Assembly: GCA_052390515.1 (NCBI GenBank)
Contig: JBQTGV010000058.1
Span: 1 to 64,000 of the forward strand
Origin: Candidatus Eiseniibacteriota bacterium
Lineage (GTDB): Bacteria; ARS69
Direction of reading: 5' to 3'
DNA: 64,000 nucleotides
Below are positions 50,469 through 60,943 of this stretch, in pieces. Made by a program: the position numbers and the translations under genes. Under the pieces are notes generated by a model, which worked only from the letters and a program-made list of their open reading frames with translations, ran no database searches and was not told the DNA's origin. Positions within the stretch are counted from its first letter, which is position 1, and every line of letters begins with the position of its first letter.

Positions 50469-51023
50469 TCACTTCCGCGGCCTCGGAGGAGTCGTGCGGT
50501 AGTGTACTTCCACACTGGCTGACGCGAAGCTCTCGAGCCGGCTCAGCTCCGCTGTGGATAGGCCCGCTGTCCTCGTGGCCGGATCGGTGGTCACGATGAA
50601 CCCGTAGGCCGGCATCCTGGACTGCAGCACCTCCTTCATGATCGAGGTCACGTCGATCGAGACGGTGCCCGTCTGCGCCAGATCCACCTCCGCTCGGGCG
50701 AACACCGTCTCCTCGAAGTCCCCGCCGGCCCGCGACCAGCCGGACGTCCAGCCGGCGGCGGCTGCGCTCCACTGGGTCGTCACCGGGTGAATCCGCAGGC
50801 GAAGAACGCCAGCCTGCCCTGTCCCGCTCAGGTCCAGCGTGAGCGTCGCCTCCGCGATGGAGAAGTCCCCAGACGGACCGGATCCGTCCAGGTTGAACAG
50901 GATCCGGTTGCTTCCCCGGCCATCTTGGATCGTAGACACGTCCTTGATCCCGCACGTGAACAGGCCCGGCACTCCGGACGTCGTCATGATCAGTCCCGCT
51001 GCCAGGGTCAGGAGTGTCTTCAT
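50469..51023 (-). CDS. Secreted DNRLRE/disaggregatase-like beta-domain protein
   Basis: Signal-like N-terminus; 'RILFNLD...IAEATLTL...HPVTTQW...WSRAGGDF...IDVTSIMK' pattern; ATGA overlap. Confidence 0.55.
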   Translation of the reverse strand: MKTLLTLAAGLIMTTSGVPGLFTCGIKDVSTIQDGRGSNRILFNLDGSGPSGDFSIAEATLTLDLSGTGQAGVLRLRIHPVTTQWSAAAAGWTSGWSRAGGDFEETVFARAEVDLAQTGTVSIDVTSIMKEVLQSRMPAYGFIVTTDPATRTAGLSTAELSRLESFASASVEVHYRTTPPRPRK

Positions 51024-52345
51024 TTGTAACCCTCCTTGATCTTCCCCCAGGAAGTGCGCTCCACGGAGACGGTCCCGCAACCCTGATCCTGTGCGCCGAT
51101 GAGCCCGCAGCCGAGCGAGTTCGCCGGAAGGCAGGGGGAGGTGTCGAAGACGGTGAGATCCCCGCTCGGCGCGTCGCAGTACTGGGGGTCGACGATCCGA
51201 TCCGTGAGATCCAGCCCGAAGTTGAGAGTGTTTCCGCCGGCGTTGTTCCAATAGACGTTGCAGCCCTTCGTGACGGCTCCCCCCGTCAGCTTGTAGACCG
51301 CCTGAGCGCCGATCGATCCGGTGATCAGGTTGTTGGTGAAGGTCACCGAGCCGAAGTCCAGGTAGACCGCGCTGCCGGGCAAGAGAGAACCGTTGGCTTC
51401 GAAGGTGCAGCCGGTCAACGTCCCGGCTCCTCCGATGGCGCCCGCGAACACGGCACCGGCAGCCTGACCGGGCGCCTGATTCCGCCAGAACACGCAGTCC
51501 AGGATCGACCAGGGTCCGGCGGCGCCGATGGCGATGGCGCCTCCCGAGGAGATCGCCGTGTTGCCCTCGAAGTAGCAGTCCGTGATGGTGATGCCGGCCT
51601 CGTAGTCATTGATGTTGATGGCGCCGCCACCGCCGGAACCCGTCTCGGCGTTGTTGAGGAACACCGAGTTTCGGATCACCGCTTGCTCGGGGACGCCGAG
51701 GTCGGCTCCTTGCAGACCGATGGCCCGCTCCACGCAGTTCCTGAAGTCGCACGCGTCCACGGTCAGATCGGCTTCAAGCACTGAGATTCCTGCGGGAAAG
51801 CCCACCAGATCGGTAAAGACGCAGGAAGTCACGTCGACATCCGTGTACCGCGATGACAGGGCTGCGGAGTATGGACCTCCCATGTCTCGGAACACGCAGT
51901 CACGGAAGGTGACCCGTTCGGAATCCACAACAAACGCGCCCGCCCTGTCGGTCGGCACACCCGTCACCGTAAACCCCTCGACCATTGTCTGCCCGGAGAG
52001 AAGCTGCTCCCCGTAGATGACGTTCGCCTGGAACACAGCCGCCTGCTGCATGTCGATGGTGGTGACCTCGGGTCCGCCCTCGGAGAGGAGCATCACCCCA
52101 TCCGCGAGGAACACGCAGGCGTGCCTCTGAAAGCCGTGGAAGATACGCTGCGTGTAGTCGGTGTAGATGCCCGGAGCCACCAGAACGCTGTCGCCCGCGG
52201 TACTGGCATCGATCGCGGCCTGGATCGTGGCGTACTCGCTCGGGACGCGGCGCACCACCGCCCAGCCCTCTACCCCGTAGAGCAGGAGGAGGGTGGCGGT
52301 CAGCGTAGCCGAGTACGGTTTCGGAAGCCTCATCGCGGTCCTCAT
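51020..52345 (-). CDS. Secreted right-handed beta-helix (pectin lyase-like) protein with 'SWGKIK' C-terminal tail
   Basis: VPSEYATIQAAID...GDSVLVAPGIY; C.F..N..GGA repeats; 'DPQYCD...SPCLP...CGLIGA...GC'; ends VERTSWGKIKEGYK. Confidence 0.85.
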   Translation of the reverse strand: MRTAMRLPKPYSATLTATLLLLYGVEGWAVVRRVPSEYATIQAAIDASTAGDSVLVAPGIYTDYTQRIFHGFQRHACVFLADGVMLLSEGGPEVTTIDMQQAAVFQANVIYGEQLLSGQTMVEGFTVTGVPTDRAGAFVVDSERVTFRDCVFRDMGGPYSAALSSRYTDVDVTSCVFTDLVGFPAGISVLEADLTVDACDFRNCVERAIGLQGADLGVPEQAVIRNSVFLNNAETGSGGGGAININDYEAGITITDCYFEGNTAISSGGAIAIGAAGPWSILDCVFWRNQAPGQAAGAVFAGAIGGAGTLTGCTFEANGSLLPGSAVYLDFGSVTFTNNLITGSIGAQAVYKLTGGAVTKGCNVYWNNAGGNTLNFGLDLTDRIVDPQYCDAPSGDLTVFDTSPCLPANSLGCGLIGAQDQGCGTVSVERTSWGKIKEGYK

Positions 52346-55300
52346 CTCACTAGCACCAGCTTCTTGGTTACGCGGAAGGAGGGTCCCTCGGCTCGCACGA
52401 AGTAAGCTCCCGCGGCCACCCGCTGCCCCGAAGCGTCGGTCCCGTTCCACTGGATCCGGTGGTACCCTGGCGCCAAGATCTGATCCAATGGTACCGCAAC
52501 CCGCCGGCCGGTTACGTCGAAGACTTCCAGCCGGAAGGGACCGACGTTCTCGGGCGCCACGGCCAGGACCATCTCCGCCGCCCCCCGCATGGGATTCGCG
52601 AAGGGCGCACCCAGCGAGGTCCGATCGGGGATGATGGCATGGGTCCCGGTGGCGTCCTCCACCGGTGCGCTTCCCGGCCCAGCCACGATCCTCCCGACCT
52701 GCGGAGGCCCGGACATCCTGAAGTACGTGGGGTTAGTGTCGCTGGACTGGATGGGGGTGATCTGGAAGTGATTCTCGCCCCCCGAAGGATCGGGAACGAG
52801 CCGCGGGTTGATCTTCGTCGTCTGCTTCGAGCTCAAGCTCAAGAAGTCCTCGTTACCCTGCGAGTCGACCAGATACCAGTAGCAGTCTCTGGCATCGAGC
52901 TTCACGCTCGTGCCCGTGTCGGGGTCTTCGTTTCGAATGAACTTCACGTTCTGGTCCAGCACCATGAGCCCGTTGTGACCGCGACCGGCCGCGCCGTTAC
53001 CGAGTTTGGTCTTCGCCTTACTGTTCGTGCGAGCCACCTCTTTACCCGCTTGGAGCCGCACCTCCAGCCAGTTCGCCTTGAAGCTGACCGCCGGACCGAC
53101 CACCGTACTGTCCCGGCTCACCTCCACGCCGCGGTATGAACTCACCACGTTGTTGCTGTCCGCCCGCACGTCCTCGGTCTGGAGGAATTCCATGCCGGCA
53201 AAGCCGAAGTCCTGGATGTAGTTCCTCACGACCTCGATCGTTCGTTCGTCCGTCCCGCAGACCCAGTTCGCTTTGACCCCCGAGTAGGTACCGGCCGTAG
53301 TCACGCCGGGGCCAATCACATGGTTCCCTGCGATTCTCAGTGTCGCCGTGTTCGACGGCGCCGTGCTGCACCAGGAGTTGCCGAAGTAAGCTTCGATCGC
53401 GGCACTCGTGACCGAGCCCCCCTGCACGCCGAAGATGTCGATCTCGTTGTCCAAGACCTGAAGCGCCGCTGCTTGGTCCACGAAGACACCCGTGTCCCCG
53501 GCGCTGCCGGGGCTGATCGTCCCCCGGATGATCGTATTCGACTCGACGATTCCTCCCTGACCCAGCGACCCATCCACCCACACGCCGATCCCCGCGAAGT
53601 GGTGGATCCTCGAATGCCGCACCGTCGTCAGCGAGTCCGGGAAGAACACGTACAGCGGGTTCCAGGCATACCCGATGTCCGCGTACTCGATCACGCTGCC
53701 GCCGTAGACGCTCTGGTCAAGGAGGATCCCACCCCAGTTGGTCGCCGCGCTCGTCTGCGTCTGCGGGCGGAAGTAGACGGTGTCTCCGCTCGCCGTGCTT
53801 CCGGTGGTGAACAGCTTCCCTGAAACGATGAGGTCCACCCTCCCCGGAGTGCCGTACCCCATGTCCGCTCCCGCGCGCACGCTGTCCGCGGCGACCACGT
53901 TGGTCGGCCCGTCGAGGTCCCAGATCCCCGGAAATGGATCGACGTGATGCGTGGAGTCAGGACCCGTCCGGTCCCACACGCCGTACGGCAACACCACGTC
54001 CGTGCTATCGAGGTAGATGTGCTTCGCCGGGCTGCCGCCGATGTTCTTGAACTGGACGTCCGCCAGGTTCGGCGCAATGAGGTTCTCGATCGAGACGCCC
54101 CGGACCGCGTCGCGAACAGTGGCGTTCGAGATCGACGAGAGAGGCTCCTCTGAGCCGACGTAGCCGTAGCCCGTCCAGGTCGCCCCGATCAGGTCCATGC
54201 GGATCCCGTACCAGCCGTTCGCCGCCGTGGTGTCCACGCCGCGGAACTCGATGGGTTCGTTCGCCGTACCGTCCGCGAGCAGGGTCCCCTGAACGATCAG
54301 CTCGACGAGACTCGTGTCCTTCCCGCCCGCAAGCCGGTCCGTGCTGTCCGCCGCCACCACCATGGTCCCGGGCTTGATCTCCAGCGTGCAGCCCGGCGCC
54401 ACGTAGAAGTCCGCATCCAGCGAGACGAGGCCCTCCCAGACCTGCTTCCCAGCCATCACGCTGTCCGCGATCGGGTAGCCGGCCCGCGCCCATGCTTCGT
54501 TCGTGTTCTGAGCGTCCCGAGCCGTGAACGTCATCCAGGTGGTGTCGTGGCTGGCGACGAACCACCCCCGCTGGGAGTCCTTCGGGCCGTCGGCGAAGTC
54601 CGCCGTCACCATGGAGGGAACCGACCAACCGTCGGGAGTGTCGGGCATTTCCGACGTCGCATCGAATGGATCCTGCGGAACCGCCGTGGTCACGTACTTA
54701 TGCCAGATCTGATCCAGCGACGTGGTGTCGGGTTTGGCCGCCCAAATGAGGTGCCAAGTCCCGTCATCCGTGCGCAACAGCTGCATGTCGTGCGCGTTCA
54801 CTCCGGACGGAGTGAGTTGCCTGGTGTTGTCCACGTCGAGCTCAGTCGAGTCCGGATACGGTGGGTCGACGTCCACCCGGTGAATGAACACGGGGCCACC
54901 GACCATCCTCCAGAGGAAGTACAGGAAACTCCCCTCCTCCACCAGCCAATCGATCCCCTCCGGATCTCCCCCAGACTCAGCGAATCCCTGGAAGTCGTCC
55001 GGCTGATGGTCCGTCAGGAGCACTCGGCTGGCGGTGTCCTGCCATGCGCCGCCGCGCTGCCCCGGCATGCCCCAGAAGTGCCGCCACAGAACGGTGTCGT
55101 CACCGGGATTCTCTTCGAAGACCTGCCTCCCCCACATGTGCACCGTGCCGTTCGCGTCACGCAACAGCGTGCGAATCCCTGCCGCCAGCATGGTGGGGCC
55201 GCCCTGAGTGTGCCTCTGATACCCCTCGGTCGCGAACGTCTCCTTCGGCCAAGCGCTACCTGCGTCCGGCGTATCCACCGCCTTCTTCGTGTACACCATC

Positions 55301-55962
55301 CAGTGCTCTGCGGGCGTGCAGGACGACGAGTCCGCATCGTGGGAGATGGCCACGTGGATCGAGTCCGCATCTCCGCTCCGCTCCAGGAAAAGCTGCGGCC
55401 CGTGTTCGCGACGGGGGCATTGGGAGATGCCTGCCGTCAGTGTGTCCGATAGCACCACTGCGGTGTCGGGGGCCCAGCTTGGCCGATCTTTGACCTTGTA
55501 CCCGATCGCCGGGTACGCGGACGAGTCGCCGTAGGCCTGATGATGGAAGATCTCGAAGGCCACGTGCACCTCGTCGTTTCGGTCCACCACCATGTCGAAG
55601 TCCTGTCCCCTCAGGCTGTCACCGCTCGGAGACTGCACACCGGTAAGAAGATCCCGCTCATCCTCCCACGCCTCCACCCAGGCCGCGGAATCCAGATCGG
55701 AACCGACCTCGATGTACCAGCCCACCGCACCATCGCCGCCACAATGCACAGATCCAGGGTTCACACACTCCCGAAGCACGTGATGAATCCGGCGACTGCC
55801 GGCCTTGCTCCAGGAAGGCTGAACATTGGGCGAGCAGCCGTAGGTCGTGTTGCTGATCTGCACGGCCGGCTGCCACATGTAACTCGAACTGGTCGTTTCT
55901 GCGCGGATCAGGATCAGGATGAGTGCGAAGGTGCAGGCGGCGGTGAGTGAGGTTCGTGACAT
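52342..55962 (-). CDS. Large secreted multidomain protein (beta-helix-like region) with FlgD-Ig/T9SS-like CTD
   Basis: Signal peptide; 'LIVQGTLLADGTANEPIEF...WYGI' repeated as 'LIVSGKLFTTG...WGGI'; C-terminal 'VFDVTGRRV...WNGTDASGQRVAAGAYF'. Confidence 0.8.
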   Translation of the reverse strand: MSRTSLTAACTFALILILIRAETTSSSYMWQPAVQISNTTYGCSPNVQPSWSKAGSRRIHHVLRECVNPGSVHCGGDGAVGWYIEVGSDLDSAAWVEAWEDERDLLTGVQSPSGDSLRGQDFDMVVDRNDEVHVAFEIFHHQAYGDSSAYPAIGYKVKDRPSWAPDTAVVLSDTLTAGISQCPRREHGPQLFLERSGDADSIHVAISHDADSSSCTPAEHWMVYTKKAVDTPDAGSAWPKETFATEGYQRHTQGGPTMLAAGIRTLLRDANGTVHMWGRQVFEENPGDDTVLWRHFWGMPGQRGGAWQDTASRVLLTDHQPDDFQGFAESGGDPEGIDWLVEEGSFLYFLWRMVGGPVFIHRVDVDPPYPDSTELDVDNTRQLTPSGVNAHDMQLLRTDDGTWHLIWAAKPDTTSLDQIWHKYVTTAVPQDPFDATSEMPDTPDGWSVPSMVTADFADGPKDSQRGWFVASHDTTWMTFTARDAQNTNEAWARAGYPIADSVMAGKQVWEGLVSLDADFYVAPGCTLEIKPGTMVVAADSTDRLAGGKDTSLVELIVQGTLLADGTANEPIEFRGVDTTAANGWYGIRMDLIGATWTGYGYVGSEEPLSSISNATVRDAVRGVSIENLIAPNLADVQFKNIGGSPAKHIYLDSTDVVLPYGVWDRTGPDSTHHVDPFPGIWDLDGPTNVVAADSVRAGADMGYGTPGRVDLIVSGKLFTTGSTASGDTVYFRPQTQTSAATNWGGILLDQSVYGGSVIEYADIGYAWNPLYVFFPDSLTTVRHSRIHHFAGIGVWVDGSLGQGGIVESNTIIRGTISPGSAGDTGVFVDQAAALQVLDNEIDIFGVQGGSVTSAAIEAYFGNSWCSTAPSNTATLRIAGNHVIGPGVTTAGTYSGVKANWVCGTDERTIEVVRNYIQDFGFAGMEFLQTEDVRADSNNVVSSYRGVEVSRDSTVVGPAVSFKANWLEVRLQAGKEVARTNSKAKTKLGNGAAGRGHNGLMVLDQNVKFIRNEDPDTGTSVKLDARDCYWYLVDSQGNEDFLSLSSKQTTKINPRLVPDPSGGENHFQITPIQSSDTNPTYFRMSGPPQVGRIVAGPGSAPVEDATGTHAIIPDRTSLGAPFANPMRGAAEMVLAVAPENVGPFRLEVFDVTGRRVAVPLDQILAPGYHRIQWNGTDASGQRVAAGAYFVRAEGPSFRVTKKLVLVR

Positions 55963-56230
55963 GACAGTCCCCCGGCTCGAGTGCCCAGCCTGGGACACGT
56001 CCCGCCGCGGGATCCCTGCTCGCGGGACGCGCCCGCTTGGTCAGCACCTCCGACGGGGGATTGCCGGAGATACATCAATGATCTGTCGCTGACCTGGAAC
56101 CAATCTACTTCCGGGGGGGCCGCGTCAAGGGACCGGCGGGGGGGCGTAGTTGGGAGGCAAACTGACCACTACGACGCAGCAGATTCACCGCTCGGACCCG
56201 CGCGGACGCCGCCGACCACCGAGTCCCGTC

Positions 56231-57300
<1,070 letters not shown>

Positions 57301-57304
<4 letters not shown>

Positions 57305-57636
57305 ATGGACACCTTGGCCAGCGCGTTCTTCATCTGCACGCCGTGCACGAGGGACGCGCCGCCTCGGATCGCGTTGGCGACGTGGATGGCCTCGGTCATC
57401 TGCTCGAGGTTGGAGCCCTTCTCGAGAGCGGCTTGAGTGTACGCGTCGATACAGTAGGGGCACTGCACCGCCGACGCCACCGCCAGGGCGATGAGCGCCT
57501 TCTCCCGCTCGGAGAGTGCGCCCTCCTCGAAAACGGCGCCGTAGTACTCCATGAACTTCTGCCAGAGCTCCTGGCTCCCCTCGGCCATCTCCGCGAAGCG
57601 GGCGAGGTCGGCCGGATCGTAGTAGGTCTCCTTCAT
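57301..57636 (-). CDS. AhpD/carboxymuconolactone decarboxylase-like peroxidase, usual partner of ArsS-type radical SAM
   Basis: TYYDPADLARF, GALSEREKALIALAVA..VQCPYCIDAY, AIRGGASLVHGVQM. Confidence 0.85.
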
Positions 57637-57705
57637 GCGGGTCTCCCGGGTTGGCGTGGAGCGGCGGTAGTCTACCATCCACCGCGGCGCGGGGCGGAAG
57701 GCCGG

Positions 57706-57991
57706 GTAGTGGGTCGGCTTGGAGCGCGCGCGACGGGGCGCGAGGCCAAGGAGCCTGGCCCGGGCTCAGACAGTCCTCGCGACGCGTCGTCCCGAGGAGG
57801 GGGCCCGCGCGAGTGCCGCAGCGGGTGCGCAGGTCACCCGAGTCATGGGGCTCGTCAACAGGATCCCTGCGCACCCGCGAGGACTGTCTGAGCCCGGGCC
57901 CCATCCTAGGGACGACGTGTCGCTGCGGAACTCGCGCGGGCGAGACCCCCGACCTCGCACCGGTGGCGCGCGCTCCACGCTGACCCACTGT
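57706..57991. repeat. Intergenic structured element with nested and permuted inverted repeats (possible ncRNA)
   Basis: Arms: 57706-731/57966-991; 57757-781/57876-900 (25/25); 57779-807/57895-923 (26/29); 57803-823/57921-941 (20/21); 57821-833/57866-878 (13/13). Confidence 0.85.
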
Positions 57992-58064
57992 CGACGCGAC
58001 GCTCTCGTTGACAGCGGTCGGCTCGCCGTCGATCATCGCGCCGGACGGGTCGAGGAGGGGTGCG

Positions 58065-58991
58065 ATGAGGGCGGGTCCGGCCTTCCCGCGCGGCGAGTGG
58101 GCGAAGTCACCGCTGCGCCTCTTCGACGGCGACCGCGTGCAGGCTCAGCTGGAGGACGGAGACTGGGTCGCGGGCGTCCTCCGCGTGGTGGGTCACGGTC
58201 TCGAGATCCTCTACGACGAGCCGCGCGCCGTCTCCGGCTGCATCGAGTCCAGCCGCTTCCTCGACCGCGAGCACGCCGCGCGGCTCCGGGTCATCCTCCG
58301 CCCGCAGAACCTCTGGACCGACGCGGTGCGCGCGCGCCGCGAGGATCAGATCTGGTTCTGCTCGCACCCGACCCTGCCCCACCGCCTGCGCCGCTGGGCG
58401 CGGGAGATCCTCCACCGGGATCCGATCGCCGCCGAGCCGCTGCTGCGCCGCTACATCGGCCGCCGCGTGCTGGTCGAAGCGAGCCAGGGGCCGCGCAAGC
58501 TCCTCGCCTCCGGTCTCCTGCTCTCCTTCGACCGGGAATTCCTCGCGCTCGCCGATGCCACGCTTCCCGCTGAGACGCAGCTCCCCCTCTGCCCGGGGAA
58601 GACCGCGGGCGCGGATCTGGAGATCCTCTGGAACGACGACGGCCTCGAGCTGTTCAACCGGGGGCCCGTCACCGTGAGCGTGCTGGGTCTTCGCACCGCC
58701 GACGGCCTCCGCCCGTGGGAAATCGTGCTCCGGCCCGGCTTCCGGGAGCGGACCGGCCTGCGTCGTTCGCCGGCGGGTACCGTGGAGCTCGTGTTCGAGA
58801 GTCCCGTCAAGGGCGACGCCGTCTTGCCGCGTGCGTCGTTTCGCGTGCGGGGCGGTTCGGAGGGCGCCATCGCCTTGCCGGCGCTCCCGGATCTCGCGAC
58901 GATGGCGGACCTGCCGAGCCCGGCCGCCGTCGAGGCGCTCGAATCGGAGCGGCTCAGGAACACCGGGCTCGCCGAGCCCTCCGCGGTCTGA
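58065..58991 (+). CDS. Hypothetical protein
   Basis: ATG after GAGGAGG; GC-rich third codon positions; no motif recognised. Confidence 0.65.
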   Translation: MRAGPAFPRGEWAKSPLRLFDGDRVQAQLEDGDWVAGVLRVVGHGLEILYDEPRAVSGCIESSRFLDREHAARLRVILRPQNLWTDAVRARREDQIWFCSHPTLPHRLRRWAREILHRDPIAAEPLLRRYIGRRVLVEASQGPRKLLASGLLLSFDREFLALADATLPAETQLPLCPGKTAGADLEILWNDDGLELFNRGPVTVSVLGLRTADGLRPWEIVLRPGFRERTGLRRSPAGTVELVFESPVKGDAVLPRASFRVRGGSEGAIALPALPDLATMADLPSPAAVEALESERLRNTGLAEPSAV

Positions 58992-59055
58992 CTGGTCGGG
59001 CGCGGCCTTCGCCCTTAGAATGCCGGGTCCGTTCACACCCACATCGAGGAAGACG

Positions 59056-60171
59056 ATGTCCCGAATCCACCGGATGCTTCTCGCCGTCGTTCTCCTGGCG
59101 GCCTGCGGCCCCGCCACCGTCCGAGCGGAGGACCCAGCCGTGAAGGAAGCGACGAAGGCCGACGGCCTCTACGCCGTCTTCGAAACCAGCATGGGCACGA
59201 TCGTGTGCAAGCTCCACTATGACAAGGTCCCGGTCACGGTCGCGAACTTCGTCGGTCTCGCCACGGGCGGAATCGAGTGGAAGGACCCGAAGACTGGCAC
59301 GATGGTGAAGCGGCCGTTCTACGACGGACTCAAGTTCCATCGCTGCATCAAGGAGTTCATGATCCAGGGCGGCTGCCCGCTGGGAAACGGCCGCGGGGAT
59401 CCCGGCTACAAGTTCACCGACGAGTTCGACGCGTCTCTCCGTCATGACGGACCCGGCGTGCTCTCCATGGCGAACTCCGGGCCGAACACGAACGGCAGCC
59501 AGTTCTTCATCACGCACGTCGCGACACCCTGGCTGGACGACAAGCACTCCGTCTTCGGACGCGTCGTGCTCGGGCAGGGGGTCGTCAACCAGATGGGCGA
59601 GGTCCCCATGAAGGGTCCGGGAACGGAGCCGTCGGTTCCGGTGAAGGACATCTTCCTGACCAAGCTCAGCATCGTGCGGACCGGTGCCGCAGCCCAGGCG
59701 TTCGACTGGAACGCGGCCTGGTCGAAGCGCGACGAGGCCGCGGGGCGGCTGGCCGGCCAACGGGAGAAGGCGACGCTGGACGGACTGGCGACCGTCTGCA
59801 AGCAGCTCGGTGTGGACGTGGCGAAGTCGGTGAAAACCCCGAGCGGGCTCCGCTACATCGTCAAGCAGGAAGGCAAGGGCGACAAGCCGAAGTCCGGCAA
59901 GAGCATCTCGGCCCACTACACCGGGTATCTCACCGACGGAACGAAGTTCGACTCCAGCCGGGACCGGGGCAAGCCGTTCCAGACGCCGATCGGGATCGGA
60001 CGTGTGATCAGGGGCTGGGACGAGGCTTTCCTGGACATGAAGGCCGGCGAGCAGCGCGTGCTCATCATCCCCCCCGAGCTCGGCTACGGCTCCCAGGGAA
60101 CCCCCGGCGGTCCCATCCCGCCGAACGCGACGCTCGTATTCGACGTGGAGCTGGTCAGCTTCACGAAGTGA
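59056..60171 (+). CDS. Exported peptidyl-prolyl isomerase, cyclophilin-FKBP fusion
   Basis: Cyclophilin [80 protein letters not shown]; signal peptide. Confidence 0.93.
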   Translation: MSRIHRMLLAVVLLAACGPATVRAEDPAVKEATKADGLYAVFETSMGTIVCKLHYDKVPVTVANFVGLATGGIEWKDPKTGTMVKRPFYDGLKFHRCIKEFMIQGGCPLGNGRGDPGYKFTDEFDASLRHDGPGVLSMANSGPNTNGSQFFITHVATPWLDDKHSVFGRVVLGQGVVNQMGEVPMKGPGTEPSVPVKDIFLTKLSIVRTGAAAQAFDWNAAWSKRDEAAGRLAGQREKATLDGLATVCKQLGVDVAKSVKTPSGLRYIVKQEGKGDKPKSGKSISAHYTGYLTDGTKFDSSRDRGKPFQTPIGIGRVIRGWDEAFLDMKAGEQRVLIIPPELGYGSQGTPGGPIPPNATLVFDVELVSFTK

Positions 60172-60339
60172 GGCGACGCAAGAATCCGCCAACGTTCTCC
60201 AACGGCCGGCTCGCGACGTTCGGATCCCTCGGTCCGGCCGTCGCGGCGGCCGATGAGATCGGGAATGCCCCAGGTTCCCGGACCACCGGGGTTGGGATAT
60301 GCTCGATCGTCCCCCCCGGGCCAGCCACGGGAGTAGTCC

Positions 60340-60906
60340 ATGAACGTCTGCGTGTATTGCTCGTCCAGCGACCGCGTCGCCCGCATGTACTTCGAGGCGG
60401 CGGCCGAGCTCGGCCGGCTGCTCGGAGAGCGGAAGAACAATCTCGTGTACGGCGGCGGCAACACCGGGCCGATGAACGCGCTGGCCGTCGCCGCCAAGGA
60501 AGCCGGCGGCCGCGTCATCTCCGTGATCCCGCGTGCGTTCGATCGCCGGGGTCTGCGCTTTCAGAGCTCGGACGAGACCGTCGTCACCGACGACCTGCAG
60601 AGCCGGCGTCTCACCATGGTCAAGGGTTCGGACGTGTTCGTGGCGTTGCCGGGAGGGTACGGCACGCTCGAGGAGGTCGCCGAGAACCTGACCATGCGGC
60701 AGCTCGGCTTGCACCAGCGTCCGATCTCGCTGGTCAACGTGGGCGGCTTCTGGAACGGGTTCCTCTCGTTCCTGGATCAGCTGGAGCGTGACGGCTTCAT
60801 TCTTCCCGAGCACCGCCGACTGGTGCACGTCGCCGAGCGGCCCCGGGACGCGATGGAGTATCTCGACCGGTACGCACCGGTCGATCTGCCCGACAAGTGG
60901 TCCTGA
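60340..60906 (+). CDS. LOG family phosphoribohydrolase (TIGR00730-type)
   Basis: VCVYCSSS, LVYGGG, ALPGGYGTLEE. Confidence 0.9.
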   Translation: MNVCVYCSSSDRVARMYFEAAAELGRLLGERKNNLVYGGGNTGPMNALAVAAKEAGGRVISVIPRAFDRRGLRFQSSDETVVTDDLQSRRLTMVKGSDVFVALPGGYGTLEEVAENLTMRQLGLHQRPISLVNVGGFWNGFLSFLDQLERDGFILPEHRRLVHVAERPRDAMEYLDRYAPVDLPDKWS

Positions 60907-60943
60907 CGCGCAGCGAACCTCGCCGCGCGCCGCGCCACTCCCC

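Noticed and set aside
56150-56200. c-di-GMP-I riboswitch-like GGCAAAC...GACGCA
   Set aside because: No GAAA-capped stem or second hairpin, and it is oriented away from a plausible downstream gene
57706-57991. RNase P, SRP, tmRNA or 6S identity for the structured element
   Set aside because: No GAGGAAAGUCC, SRP helix-8 or tRNA-like ends on either strand; the crossing arms do not fit a 6S hairpin (Rfam search still needed)
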